From IMG/VR virus record IMGVR_UViG_3300028797_000167, positions 1,596-65,595 of that record: DNA of 64,000 nt; one strand, 5' to 3'. Positions within the stretch are counted from its first letter, which is position 1. Each line of letters opens with the position of its first letter. This document shows positions 48,844 to 58,815 of the stretch, one piece after another. Under the pieces are notes generated by a model. It was not told the DNA's origin and did no database searches. It worked only from the letters and a program-made list of their open reading frames with translations. This DNA is from a virus (Duplodnaviria; Caudoviricetes). A program made the translations under genes and the position numbers.

Positions 48844-49878
48844 CTAATAGATGTGACTCCGTAAATTAGCCATTACGTCGTCCATGGATAGTTCAGTTGT
48901 GCCTGCGCTACTAGCCCCACCCGTGCCAGCCTTTCCAACGATAGGTACAGAGGACGGTTGAGAATTATTAGATGCAGGTTGGCTATTAGGCTGCGAGTTA
49001 GGTGCAGCTTGTTTAGCCATGTTAGAGAATACAGTTTGAATCTTATGCTGTAGAATATTCAAAGCAAATCGTTTATCAGTCGGATCCTTAATAGCTGTAA
49101 TGCGTTCTAGATCTTCTGGAATAGCTGCGAAGTGATATACAAGTCTAGGTGCGATGTTAGAAGAATTAAGGAAATCATGAATGACAGGATCATTAGAAAT
49201 TGTATCAGCCAAGCCATCTTCATTTATAGCTTTCCCCACGACAGTATTGTATTCTTCAATAGCTTCTGGGGTATTATAAATTTCCAAGGCTTTAGAATTA
49301 AACCTATCCTGCGATTCCTTAAGAGCTTGCGACTGCGCATCATTAGATCTTTTCTGTTCAGCAGCTTTCTGGAGCTGTTCAATGATGGACTGGTTAGCAA
49401 TATACTTAAAGTATTCTTCTTGGGATGAAAAAGATTCAGGTCCAAGAGCTTTAGATTCATTTACCGGGGGTCTTGCGGCTTGAGCTTTCTTAAGTTCTTC
49501 GATCTGCTTAAGAGCTTCTGCAAGATCTTTCTTAGTACGAGAGAACTTAGAGTTAAGCTTATTGAATGCATAAGCGACTTGTTCTTCATGTGTGTACTTA
49601 TTTTTGTTCCGGTTGTTAGACCCTTCCTGTTTAGGGGTTTCAGTAGCACTAGGTTGAGCTTCAGTAGCTGTAGAAGAATTGCTAGCCTGTTCTTCAGTAG
49701 CGTTAGAAGGCTGTGTATTAGTGTTCTGTTCTACACTAGGGTTATCTTCAGTAGACTGTACTTCCGTCGAAGTGTTAGACTCTGTAGAAGCCGTCGTGTC
49801 AGGAGTGGACGTGGGCTGTTCTGTATTTTCAGACTCATTACCCATAGAATCGATGATCTCATCTAAACGATCAATCAT
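48844..49878 (-). CDS. Scaffolding protein
   Basis: Homologue of 14888-15904. Confidence 0.7.
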   Translation of the reverse strand: MIDRLDEIIDSMGNESENTEQPTSTPDTTASTESNTSTEVQSTEDNPSVEQNTNTQPSNATEEQASNSSTATEAQPSATETPKQEGSNNRNKNKYTHEEQVAYAFNKLNSKFSRTKKDLAEALKQIEELKKAQAARPPVNESKALGPESFSSQEEYFKYIANQSIIEQLQKAAEQKRSNDAQSQALKESQDRFNSKALEIYNTPEAIEEYNTVVGKAINEDGLADTISNDPVIHDFLNSSNIAPRLVYHFAAIPEDLERITAIKDPTDKRFALNILQHKIQTVFSNMAKQAAPNSQPNSQPASNNSQPSSVPIVGKAGTGGASSAGTTELSMDDVMANLRSHIY

Positions 49879-49931
49879 GGTAGTTTACCTCTCATATTGA
49901 CAATGCCGTGTCTATCGGGAATATATTCTTA

Positions 49932-49983
49932 TATTCAATGAATTAGTTATAAATCCTTATACCAAATTTAGGTATAAGGATTT
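49932..49983 (-). promoter_or_regulatory. B-type hairpin + motif cassette upstream of scaffold
   Basis: tattcaatgaattagtt plus aaatccttatacc-N7-ggtataaggattt. Confidence 0.75.
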
Positions 49984-49986
49984 AAA

Positions 49987-51858
49987 TTACATGAATTGAT
50001 TATAGAAATTATTTTCACTAGACTGCAACTTCATAGCGTCTGCAATAAGCTTTTCCCTATCACGTTGAGCCTGGGCTGCAAGCTTTGCATTTTCAAGATT
50101 AGCTTTAGCTGCAATATCTAACTGCTGCTTTTGACTATCAGCTTGAATATCCATTTCAGCCTTAGCCAGTTCAGTAGTAGACTTCATACGCTGTATAGCT
50201 ACATCAGAATTACTTCTAAGCTGTAAGCTTAATACCTGCTGGTTAAGATCATTAATCTGCTTATCCTTTGCAAGCATAGCTTCTTTGAATTTTTCCTGCA
50301 TCATTTGAATCTGCTGCTGGAGCATCATAGCCTGTCCGTTATCGCTTAAGGCTTGTGGCGGTAGAAGTTGCTTAATCATTTCACCAACTTTCTTAACATC
50401 AGGGTTAATATCTAACTGGCATAGATTATAAGCAATTACGCTTTTAGCTTCCGGCGGTAGGAAATTAGCTATAGCAATTAATTTAGATTTAGCTTCATCA
50501 GCATTAAAGATATCTTCAGGGCCTTCAGTTACGTTAGTTACGACCAAAGAAGTATCCAACGCAGGATCAGTATTTAATATCTTATAGAATTCTAATAGAA
50601 GAATTCCAAGGAATTTCATACTGGTTTTAGCGTGGCTAGTAAAGTGAGAAATATTATTTGCAACACTCTTACTTCTAAGAAGAATAGATGTAGCCGTTTC
50701 CTGTTCCTGTGCGTCAATCAATCCAGTCAAAGGCATACCAGACACTTCAGTCATGATAGCTTTCTGTTGACCAAGGATAGCACCTATATCAGATGTAGGG
50801 AAAGTATTATCGACACGTTTAGGTTCTCTAATTTCCTTTCCATCCTTAGTATATTGCTTGGTTACAATTACAGGATTAAGTCGCTTATTAATATTTTTAT
50901 ACTGGTCAATATTACCGTCAATCCCTTCAGACGGGATGGTCATTACAGGTACAGGGGCATTAGATAATCTTTCTACAAGCTGTGATTCAGCATAGTTAAT
51001 AATTCTCTGCGAATCAATTACCTTATGTACTAGACCTACATATTCAGTATCGCCTTTAGAATCATAAGATATAGATCCCTTAAAGGTTACAATAGGGATA
51101 TGAGTAATATTTAAGGTTACAGAAGATATAATCTTATTTCCAATCATCTTTGTAATTACACAAGCATTTCTACTATCAGTCATTTCATAGTAGGTTACTA
51201 ATGCAATACAATCTTCCGGGCTGTTCCATGCATCGCCAAAGTCTTTGACCAAGCAATTATTTCCACCGCTATATCCATCTTCGATTACATCATTTCCATA
51301 TAAAGCTTTAGCTTTATTTTTAGACATGTGTTCGATAATAGCCATAGCCCTAGAATCGCTACCGTCAAGGGCAGTAGAATCAGGGTCTGGAATAACGAGC
51401 GTGGTATCTTCAATAGGATAAATTGCTACAATAGCTTTCTTATTAGCGTCAAGGTCGGTGGTTACATAGAAATATCCATACCCGGCTGTAGCCATACTCT
51501 TCAAAGCTAGTTCCGCAGCGGTTTTAGTTGAATCAGTTTTAGATATATTCTGCGCATATAGATTTAATTTTTCAATTAAATCCCCCGGAGTCTGCACTAA
51601 AGATTCATAAGAAATCTTATAAGGATGTGCATTAAACGGATTGACAGCGGAATTAATCTGGTTGTCAACTATATTGAATACGAACCTAGCTCTATCAGCT
51701 CCACGGTTATTATTATCTCGATCATCCCATTGAACGCCACACGCAAATGCTCGTTCATATTTGATTCTTTCGATAATAGTTTTATATTTATCAGAGCTAC
51801 GTTTACCGAATTTTTTCATTCGGTCTATGACGCTCTTATCATCTTCCACTTCAATCAT
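49987..51858 (-). CDS. Portal protein (P22 gp1-like)
   Basis: Homologue of 16022-17932. Confidence 0.85.
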   Translation of the reverse strand: MIEVEDDKSVIDRMKKFGKRSSDKYKTIIERIKYERAFACGVQWDDRDNNNRGADRARFVFNIVDNQINSAVNPFNAHPYKISYESLVQTPGDLIEKLNLYAQNISKTDSTKTAAELALKSMATAGYGYFYVTTDLDANKKAIVAIYPIEDTTLVIPDPDSTALDGSDSRAMAIIEHMSKNKAKALYGNDVIEDGYSGGNNCLVKDFGDAWNSPEDCIALVTYYEMTDSRNACVITKMIGNKIISSVTLNITHIPIVTFKGSISYDSKGDTEYVGLVHKVIDSQRIINYAESQLVERLSNAPVPVMTIPSEGIDGNIDQYKNINKRLNPVIVTKQYTKDGKEIREPKRVDNTFPTSDIGAILGQQKAIMTEVSGMPLTGLIDAQEQETATSILLRSKSVANNISHFTSHAKTSMKFLGILLLEFYKILNTDPALDTSLVVTNVTEGPEDIFNADEAKSKLIAIANFLPPEAKSVIAYNLCQLDINPDVKKVGEMIKQLLPPQALSDNGQAMMLQQQIQMMQEKFKEAMLAKDKQINDLNQQVLSLQLRSNSDVAIQRMKSTTELAKAEMDIQADSQKQQLDIAAKANLENAKLAAQAQRDREKLIADAMKLQSSENNFYNQFM

Positions 51859-51860
51859 TG

Positions 51861-53225
51861 TTAATTACTCCAAGAGGTTGAGGAATTTAATTGTGCCATA
51901 ATATCGTTTACATTAGAAGATTGAACTTCAATAGAAGTAAATACCCTATAAATATCATTATCAGGATGGGCATGAGCAAAGGTTAAAGCTATACCGTCAG
52001 AATCGTCAGGGCTTCGACCTATAGCTTTCTTAATAATATCTTTAGGTAGGACAGCAATCTTACTATCCGTTTCCCTAACTATAATTCTTTGGGCTGCTAA
52101 TTCTTCTTTAACCTTATCTATGTCATCTACAAGTTGAATAGATAAATTAGATCTTACAGCTTGTTCAGTACAAGCATACATCAAAGCTCGTCTATTAAGG
52201 TATTTAGAATCAGGACCTAATCTTTGGCCAAGATTAATTTCAGATACAGGATATCCACCATGCCTAAGTAAATCAGCTATACCAGAAGCAAATCCACCTG
52301 TACCATCTAGGTTAATCATATCTAGATCAGAAGGTTTATATTGAGAAGCAATCATATTATACATATTTATACTATCAATATTTTGAATCTTCCAATCACG
52401 CCTTAATAAAGTACCGTGTCTATACCAACAAGAATTAGAGTCATCGCCATATCTAGCCAGGTCTATACCAAGGATTCTATCACCATATATCGATGCTTGT
52501 CTATTAAGCATAGCATCAATATCAATCCAAGACATTAACTGATCAGGTGCAGTGTCATCAATTAATTGTGCATAGACTTCTTGCTGTAAGAATGAAGTAT
52601 TTCCATAGTCCTTAATAAGTCTTTGTACATATCTATCATCTAACGTTGTGTTGTCAAATGTAGTAGCGGTTACAATTTCAACTTCACCCGGTAAAGCTTC
52701 TTTAATTCTTTGATTAAGATATGAATGAGCTTTAGGAGTAGAAATTAATAGGCTATGAGGAGCGCCTACAGGACGGCCCCAGTTATCAACGCCACGGCAA
52801 CATGCCAAGCATACTTCATAAAATTCTTTAGAGCATAATGCTGCTTCATCGATTACAATTAATGATATACCAGTTAAACCACGGACATTATCTACAGACC
52901 CTTCGGAGTAAGTAAAGCAATAACATTCGCTTCTAAACTCCGTAGTAATGGTCATATCGGTTTGATTGACTTTAAACCGTATATTCCATTTCGTTAGGCA
53001 CCTAATAATTTCTTTGAATAGAACTTTCTTAAGTGTCTTAAAGGTTTGTGCGGCGCAGATTACATTCTTTCCTTCAACCAGATACTTTGCAATATATCTA
53101 GAAGCTAGGAAAGTCTTGCCACAGCCGCGTCCGCCAAAGAATATTATATCTTCAGCTGTAGAATTATATACCTTTCGTTGATGGGGTAATAGCTTAAAGT
53201 CCGTTATATTAAGGACTCTAGCCAT
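51861..53225 (-). CDS. terL: Terminase large subunit
   Basis: GGRGCGKT, VIDEAA, GIDLARYGDD, PDDSDGIAL. Confidence 0.92.
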   Translation of the reverse strand: MARVLNITDFKLLPHQRKVYNSTAEDIIFFGGRGCGKTFLASRYIAKYLVEGKNVICAAQTFKTLKKVLFKEIIRCLTKWNIRFKVNQTDMTITTEFRSECYCFTYSEGSVDNVRGLTGISLIVIDEAALCSKEFYEVCLACCRGVDNWGRPVGAPHSLLISTPKAHSYLNQRIKEALPGEVEIVTATTFDNTTLDDRYVQRLIKDYGNTSFLQQEVYAQLIDDTAPDQLMSWIDIDAMLNRQASIYGDRILGIDLARYGDDSNSCWYRHGTLLRRDWKIQNIDSINMYNMIASQYKPSDLDMINLDGTGGFASGIADLLRHGGYPVSEINLGQRLGPDSKYLNRRALMYACTEQAVRSNLSIQLVDDIDKVKEELAAQRIIVRETDSKIAVLPKDIIKKAIGRSPDDSDGIALTFAHAHPDNDIYRVFTSIEVQSSNVNDIMAQLNSSTSWSN

Positions 53226-54084
53226 GTGATACCTCTTCGCAGAAATTAATATTCACTACAGGGGGTGTGGTATCTGCAATTAATTCTTCTTCAGCCTTAA
53301 CCTTTTCAGATTTAGTTTCCACACTTACATTAGTCTTTTTAATGGTTTCAGGCTTACCAAATTCTTTAGTAAAGCAAGATGTTAAGAAGAATTGATAACC
53401 ATTCTTTTGAAGGCCACCATAGCATAATTGAAGCTTAGATAAGATTACTTTACACTTAGCCCTTTGTCTAGTATACCAAGTCTTAAGCTTAATATCATTA
53501 GAAGTATCCTGATGGTCAGGATCGTCTAAATAGTACCAGTCAAATTCACTAGGCGTTTTAATAAGGTCAGGCAAGAAGGCTTGAACCTCATCCATAAATT
53601 GACCAATAGTTTTACATGATATAAGAAGCATTGATATATCATAAGTATGATAGCGGTCATTATCTATAGGATTACGAGCATCTATCTTAGGATCCCTAAT
53701 ATTTTTCCATAGATAATTAATACAAGTTGAAGATCTACGGGCAGTAATATCTGCGGTATGGTCTACAGCTACTTTAGTTTTTAAGGTAGTCTTACCATGC
53801 TGGTGTTTACCTTGGTTGACTTTACCTTCATGGTAGTCTGGAATAAACCCTTCGAATATAGTCTTATATAAGTCTTCTTCTTTGACCCAATATTTCCGGC
53901 CCTTACAATATGGTGCTATCCAATACCGTTTAGTACTTTCACCATAAACTACATTATCAAGTCTTAAGTCTTTGAATATAATATTTACATAATGCTTAAG
54001 GTATTTAGGTTTACCCTTCATACCTAGATCTTCAATTATACATTCATTAGGCTTAAGATCTTCTTGTTTAATTTCCGTGGACAT
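53218..54084 (-). CDS. Putative terminase small subunit / DNA-binding protein
   Basis: Upstream of TerL, homologous to 19373-20335. Confidence 0.45.
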   Translation of the reverse strand: MSTEIKQEDLKPNECIIEDLGMKGKPKYLKHYVNIIFKDLRLDNVVYGESTKRYWIAPYCKGRKYWVKEEDLYKTIFEGFIPDYHEGKVNQGKHQHGKTTLKTKVAVDHTADITARRSSTCINYLWKNIRDPKIDARNPIDNDRYHTYDISMLLISCKTIGQFMDEVQAFLPDLIKTPSEFDWYYLDDPDHQDTSNDIKLKTWYTRQRAKCKVILSKLQLCYGGLQKNGYQFFLTSCFTKEFGKPETIKKTNVSVETKSEKVKAEEELIADTTPPVVNINFCEEVSHG

Positions 54085-54280
54085 TACTAAATAACTCCTT
54101 CAGAAATTTTTTCTGTTCGTCATCAACAGACCTTGAAGGGTTATCTAGAATAGATTTTACTTGCTGTTCAAGAATATCAACCCTAGATTTAAGGGCAGAC
54201 ATATCTTGAAGAAGCTTTGCATAACCTGTAGGGGGAGTCTGTTGAGCATTAGCAGACGGAGATTTTGATTTGGTGCTCAT
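54068..54280 (-). CDS. Small coiled-coil protein
   Basis: Homologue of 20325-20546. Confidence 0.65.
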   Translation of the reverse strand: MSTKSKSPSANAQQTPPTGYAKLLQDMSALKSRVDILEQQVKSILDNPSRSVDDEQKKFLKELFSNVHGN

Positions 54281-54302
54281 ATATACCTCTATACATGAAT
54301 GG

Positions 54303-54506
54303 TTATTTATATTCTTTGGTTATACTACATCTACAATGTGGATGTGTACAGAGCTGCGGGTTATCAACCGTTACAGTCCTACCGTTCATTGCTCTACATT
54401 GCGGACAACAAGACGGGTTAGCTTTAAAGACTCTAACAAGCTTTTTACCGTTGGCTCGATCAATAGCATTAACTGTGTTTGCATACTTCATTAATGATGG
54501 AGTCAT
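54303..54506 (-). CDS. Stand-alone MuF/gp7-like Cys-His mini-protein
   Basis: CCPQCRAMNG...HPHCRC. Confidence 0.6.
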   Translation of the reverse strand: MTPSLMKYANTVNAIDRANGKKLVRVFKANPSCCPQCRAMNGRTVTVDNPQLCTHPHCRCSITKEYK

Positions 54507-54732
54507 GTTTAGCTTCCTTTCTCTGTTCAATTTCAATCTTACAAAGAATTTCAGGAAGCAATTCTAACGCACGTTTTTTAATTAAGCCGTTGCACTTTGC
54601 ATCTTTGACCTTTTGTTTAAGGACTTCAGGATCAGGCAATACATAACCCATTAATTCGTGTGTCACTGGATGATACTTAGGATTATCCAGATAGAATAGT
54701 TCCATAGCTTCTTCGGTTAAACTTTTAGACAT
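54469..54732 (-). CDS. Hypothetical protein equal to the C-terminal domain of 20796-21656
   Basis: LTEEAMELFYLDNPKYHPVTHELMGYVLP vs YTEEAIKTFFLNKPKFNPITHLVEGYILP. Confidence 0.7.
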   Translation of the reverse strand: MSKSLTEEAMELFYLDNPKYHPVTHELMGYVLPDPEVLKQKVKDAKCNGLIKKRALELLPEILCKIEIEQRKEAKHDSIINEVCKHS

Positions 54733-54750
54733 AAATACCTCATGAATGAA

Positions 54751-54798
54751 TATTCAATGAATGAGTTATGATAATCCTACATAATAGGATTATCATAA
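54751..54798 (-). promoter_or_regulatory. B-type hairpin + motif cassette
   Basis: tattcaatgaatgagtt overlapping ttatgataatccta-N5-taggattatcataa. Confidence 0.75.
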
Positions 54799-54802
54799 TC
54801 AA

Positions 54803-55537
54803 TTATTGATTCCAACCCTTTAGGATAATCTTTTTTCTAGCTTCAAATGAAGTAGTATCCTTATAAGGTTTATTATGCTTAGGCAATGCATTAATTTCAT
54901 CGATAAAGATTTGAGCCATAGTTTTATTATTAAGCAATCCAGCATTAAATGCAGTAATCACTTTAGACTTAATAGTAGGTGTAACCCATACAGATCTTCT
55001 AGTAGGACTGTATTTCTTATTAAGCAATACATATCCTGCATCCTTCATTCGCTTAATGAATCTTTGAGAATTAGTAAGCCCATCAGAACCTTTAAGCTTA
55101 TTATAAGCATCAGTATATTCCTTAGAACCCGGAGCATATTTAGATAATTCATTTCTAGCTTCATTAGAAGTAACGAACTGTTTAGCAAATGATTTACAAG
55201 GAGTAGGGATCCACTGCATTAGGTTAGGATCTAATGAATGATTAGGACTATAGACATAGTTATAGTTATTAGGATTAGGAACGAATAAGGTAGCAATAAT
55301 ACGAATAGCATTATAAAGATTCTTATTAACCAATACAGCAGGATAATAATTACCTTTCATTCCAGCCTTAGTAAATTTAGCAGGCTTATAATCTTCAAGC
55401 TTTCTGTCATAGACCTCGATAATCATAGCATCTTTATTAACCCTAATACCTCTAGGATTGGAAAGATAAATATAATCACCCTTCGATCTAGAATTATCAA
55501 CTGTAATTTCTTTCGTTTTATGGTTATTAAAACCCAT
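54803..55537 (-). CDS. Degenerate HNH-like protein
   Basis: IRIIATLFVPNPNNY...LMQW and GSDGLTNSQRF match the N-terminal part of 20796-21656. Confidence 0.6.
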   Translation of the reverse strand: MGFNNHKTKEITVDNSRSKGDYIYLSNPRGIRVNKDAMIIEVYDRKLEDYKPAKFTKAGMKGNYYPAVLVNKNLYNAIRIIATLFVPNPNNYNYVYSPNHSLDPNLMQWIPTPCKSFAKQFVTSNEARNELSKYAPGSKEYTDAYNKLKGSDGLTNSQRFIKRMKDAGYVLLNKKYSPTRRSVWVTPTIKSKVITAFNAGLLNNKTMAQIFIDEINALPKHNKPYKDTTSFEARKKIILKGWNQ

Positions 55538-55539
55538 AT

Positions 55540-56618
55540 ATACCTCTAATTGTTATTAACACTATAGCTATAATATAAATTACATCTATAGGTATAGATA
55601 TTTTTAGTTTCATAAGCTCTCTCATTTAACTGTTAATTGGATTAAATATATACTTTCCTAATTGAAGTATAATATTCTTTAAAATAGTGTAAATAAAATT
55701 TAAATCTAATTCAATATAAAAGTTATAACTAATTATTGTCTTTATATTTTTTAATTTAAATAGGATTATTTTTACTATTAATCTTTTCAGGATGATTATT
55801 TATCCTAATTAACAATAGGATAGATGATAGAATTAAGGAATAGGATTAAGGGGATAGGGGTTTAAGGGGGAAAGTACCATTAAGGGAAAACCATTAAGGA
55901 AAGAAGATAGGAGCAAAGTGGTTATTCTATGCAATGAACCTATTATTGCAATGTGATGCATAGTACATATTCCTATATGTAAAGGCGATCTCTAGAAGAC
56001 GTCTGTAGATTTGGTTAGAAGTTCTATATGGACTTCTAACCACTTTTCATTTGGCATATATTCTAGCATTTTAACTCTTAAATGCGATGGCAAGATTATA
56101 GCATTCGGTATTTGAATCTTATCCAACTATGTTTAATCCCCAGCAGCTTCCTGATACCACTGGACACTTGCGGCTGTATGGCATTAGATTGAGGATTAGA
56201 TAATAGAATATGAGTCACTAGATCTTTGATTATATACCTGATAGATACAGGTTATAAAGCCGAGACCACGTTGAACCATTAGAACCTTCCTGGCACAGCT
56301 TAATATATAACCTGTACTTGACGATATATGATCCTAGTCCATTAAAGTTTATACCTATATAGATAGAAGCTTTCTATATAGATAGAGCATCAGCATGAGA
56401 CTCACGAAGTCGATAGGTGCTATCCCTCGTCTATATAGAACCTTTCTTGAATGTATAGGCTATAAGAATTTATGCTGATGAAGCATAATACTATATTTAT
56501 ACTTACATTTAATCTATGTCTTGTTCTTAGTGTTCTTCTTAGTAGATTAAAGAATAATATACTCTCTCATGTGAAATGATTATCCTAATGTGATAACATT
56601 AAAATGTAGAGGTATACT
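55540..56618. other. Long divergent intergenic region of unit B (AT-rich, then purine/G-tract, then hairpins); candidate origin/control region
   Basis: No ORF of 60 aa or more in the track; G-tracts at 55850-55886; hairpin ggttagaagt-N9-acttctaacc at 56013-56041. Confidence 0.55.
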
Positions 56619-57203
56619 ATGAATCGACAATTAGAAATCGAACACTGGTTTGACCAACCAAATCTTAGTCAAAACGTTATATACTCCGCTAATAGCGACT
56701 TATATAATAGGGCTATGCAGACTTCTGCAAGTGATATTGAAGCGTCTTATTACGCTCAATCGCAGAATGCTCTCTCCGATTACAGGTCTGTACTAGCCGA
56801 ACGAATCCGTATCCATATATCTTGGGATGTTAAAGCTTGTATCCCTAGATTGTCTAATATAGAAGTGTTGCCTATTCTTTCTGAATGGTATAATAGCAGT
56901 TGTCTAGGACCGTTTAAAAGGGTTAGGCACCTCTTCTCTTTTAAAACATGGGTGTTTATCATCCATAAAATGATTCCTACTTATTTGTATAAATATGCTA
57001 AGGTATTAAAGCTCCCTGAATATCCACAGGATAATATATCTAAACCGCAGTTGTTGCGTATAGTACTTGCTATATCTGATGCTATGTGTAGCATAGCTAG
57101 ACGGGCTGAAATTAGACATTCTAAACCGTTGTTAGATATAATGCAAGCATATATGCTTGGTGCATTTCCTGACCCTGAAGATAATTATTTCTTTATGGAG
57201 TAA
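56619..57203 (+). CDS. Hypothetical early protein
   Basis: GAGG RBS, 194 aa, first rightward gene. Confidence 0.7.
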   Translation: MNRQLEIEHWFDQPNLSQNVIYSANSDLYNRAMQTSASDIEASYYAQSQNALSDYRSVLAERIRIHISWDVKACIPRLSNIEVLPILSEWYNSSCLGPFKRVRHLFSFKTWVFIIHKMIPTYLYKYAKVLKLPEYPQDNISKPQLLRIVLAISDAMCSIARRAEIRHSKPLLDIMQAYMLGAFPDPEDNYFFME

Positions 57204-57206
57204 CAT

Positions 57207-57497
57207 ATGAGCCTTAAACCTGATACAATTATATACATCAATTCTAAAGGTAGAAATACCCGGAGTGGGAAATTATCCCCTGCTCAACTAAAGTTCTTTA
57301 AGCCTATGACTCAAAAGCAAAGGGGTGTATGGCTTAATAGGCTTTATAATATTGAAAACGTAAAATACTTTTCTAATATCTATGATGAAAATTTTAAAGA
57401 TCCGTGCGCTCAATCTATTGAATGTAATGGTTCTAATATAGTAGATATTATTCAAGTAATCCATGAATCTTTAAAAGAGGTATATGCAGAAGTATGA
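57207..57497 (+). CDS. Hypothetical protein
   Basis: GGAG RBS, in operon. Confidence 0.65.
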   Translation: MSLKPDTIIYINSKGRNTRSGKLSPAQLKFFKPMTQKQRGVWLNRLYNIENVKYFSNIYDENFKDPCAQSIECNGSNIVDIIQVIHESLKEVYAEV

Positions 57498-57745
57498 ACG
57501 CACAAATCAACGTAGAAACATATAGCTTTAGTGCTGCATTAGAACTTATTAAACTTGGTCGTAAGATGGCGGCAATTACTTGGAATGGAAAGAACCAGTG
57601 GGTGGCTGCACAATATCCTGATGAATTCAGCAAGATGCAGTGTCCTTATCTATATTTGCATAACGCACAAGGAAAGCTTATTCCTTGGGTACCTAGTCAG
57701 GGCGATTTGTTTAATGATTTCTGGATTGAAATTAAAGATGAATAA
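57494..57745 (+). CDS. DUF2829 / Tad2-like protein
   Basis: YSFSAALELIKLGRKMAAITWNG...PYLYL...IPWVPSQGDLFNDFW. Confidence 0.75.
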   Translation: MNAQINVETYSFSAALELIKLGRKMAAITWNGKNQWVAAQYPDEFSKMQCPYLYLHNAQGKLIPWVPSQGDLFNDFWIEIKDE

Positions 57746-58148
57746 TATACAACGAACCTTGAATTTAGAAGGTAATATATTCTATTGCTATGATGATGGT
57801 ACAGTAGAATATATTGATTCTAATGGTAAGCTATGCCGTAAGAAAGGTACTATTACTACGAAAGGCTATAGAGTAATTCAAAAGAGAATAAATGGCATAG
57901 ATAAAACATTTAGAATACATAGGCTTATAGCACTTGCTTTCCATAGTAAGCCTGATAATTATGATCAGGTAGATCATATAAATAGAATACGTGATGATAA
58001 TAGGCCTTCTAATTTAAGATGGGTTAACGCAAAAATGAATGCTGATAATAATTTAAAGGTATATCGTAGCATTAATAAATATGGCGTTAGGTACTGTGAT
58101 GACAAGAATGAATATCAACGCAGGTATAGAAAATTAAAAGCGTTTTAA
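57738..58148 (+). CDS. HNH endonuclease (HNH_3 type), unit B only
   Basis: IHRLIALAF...VDHINRIRDDNRPSNLRWV with intact H-N-N residues; start trimmed to MNNIQ. Confidence 0.85.
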   Translation: MNNIQRTLNLEGNIFYCYDDGTVEYIDSNGKLCRKKGTITTKGYRVIQKRINGIDKTFRIHRLIALAFHSKPDNYDQVDHINRIRDDNRPSNLRWVNAKMNADNNLKVYRSINKYGVRYCDDKNEYQRRYRKLKAF

Positions 58149-58164
58149 CCCTCTGGATTTTATT

Positions 58165-58434
58165 ATGCCGATTAAATGTAATCCTGAATGTAAAGCACAA
58201 TGCTGTAGGCATGTTAATTCTTTTTCATTCATGAAAGATTATGATCGTGGCGATGGTATATGTAAACATCTAGACGCAGAAAATAGATGTGCTATATATG
58301 ATCATCGACCTACGATCTGTAATACCGACCTTATGTTTGAACGCGTGTATAGCCGGTTTATGTCCCGTGATGAATATGATAAAATGAATGAAGAGAGTTG
58401 CAAAATTCTTTTTAAGGATTTTTCGCAAAATTAA
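58165..58434 (+). CDS. YkgJ-family Cys-cluster protein
   Basis: CNPECKAQCC...DRGDGICKHL...CAIYDHRPTIC. Confidence 0.85.
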   Translation: MPIKCNPECKAQCCRHVNSFSFMKDYDRGDGICKHLDAENRCAIYDHRPTICNTDLMFERVYSRFMSRDEYDKMNEESCKILFKDFSQN

Positions 58435-58481
58435 ACTAACTTACTATTGTGGACCATTTAAAATTAATGAGGTATAAATAT

Positions 58482-58748
58482 ATGGCTAACACTAATCGTA
58501 AGTATTTCGTATCTAACTCTGAAGAAGTTCCGTCTTACTGGGAACGCACTAAGAGTCGATCCCTTGCAATGATCTGCATCGATACAGGTAATAAGTCCTG
58601 GTTGAGGAATCTTCCTATCGATGTATATCTATATCTAAAGCAGTTCAGTAAACTTGAACGTGGTTTTATTTATAACAAGTGGAAAACGGAACATAACTTT
58701 AACGAGTATGTAAGATACAGATTTAAGAAAGAGAACTTTAAGTTCTAA
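58482..58748 (+). CDS. Conserved phage protein equal to the C-terminal domain of 25027-25665
   Basis: RTKSRS...IDTG...KLERGFIYNKWK.EHNFNEYVRYR; start at MANTNRK after GAGG. Confidence 0.7.
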   Translation: MANTNRKYFVSNSEEVPSYWERTKSRSLAMICIDTGNKSWLRNLPIDVYLYLKQFSKLERGFIYNKWKTEHNFNEYVRYRFKKENFKF

Positions 58749-58815
58749 TAGACAACTGCTAGACTGTCTATAAATAGACTAGCATCGAGATTCATTGTAA
58801 TCCTTTTGGTAAGTT

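Noticed and set aside
47522-48847. 441-aa plus-strand ORF (and 13944-14891) antisense to the coat genes
   Set aside because: Exactly shadows the coat gene; explained by codon bias of highly expressed genes that removes antisense stops; no RBS or recognisable protein
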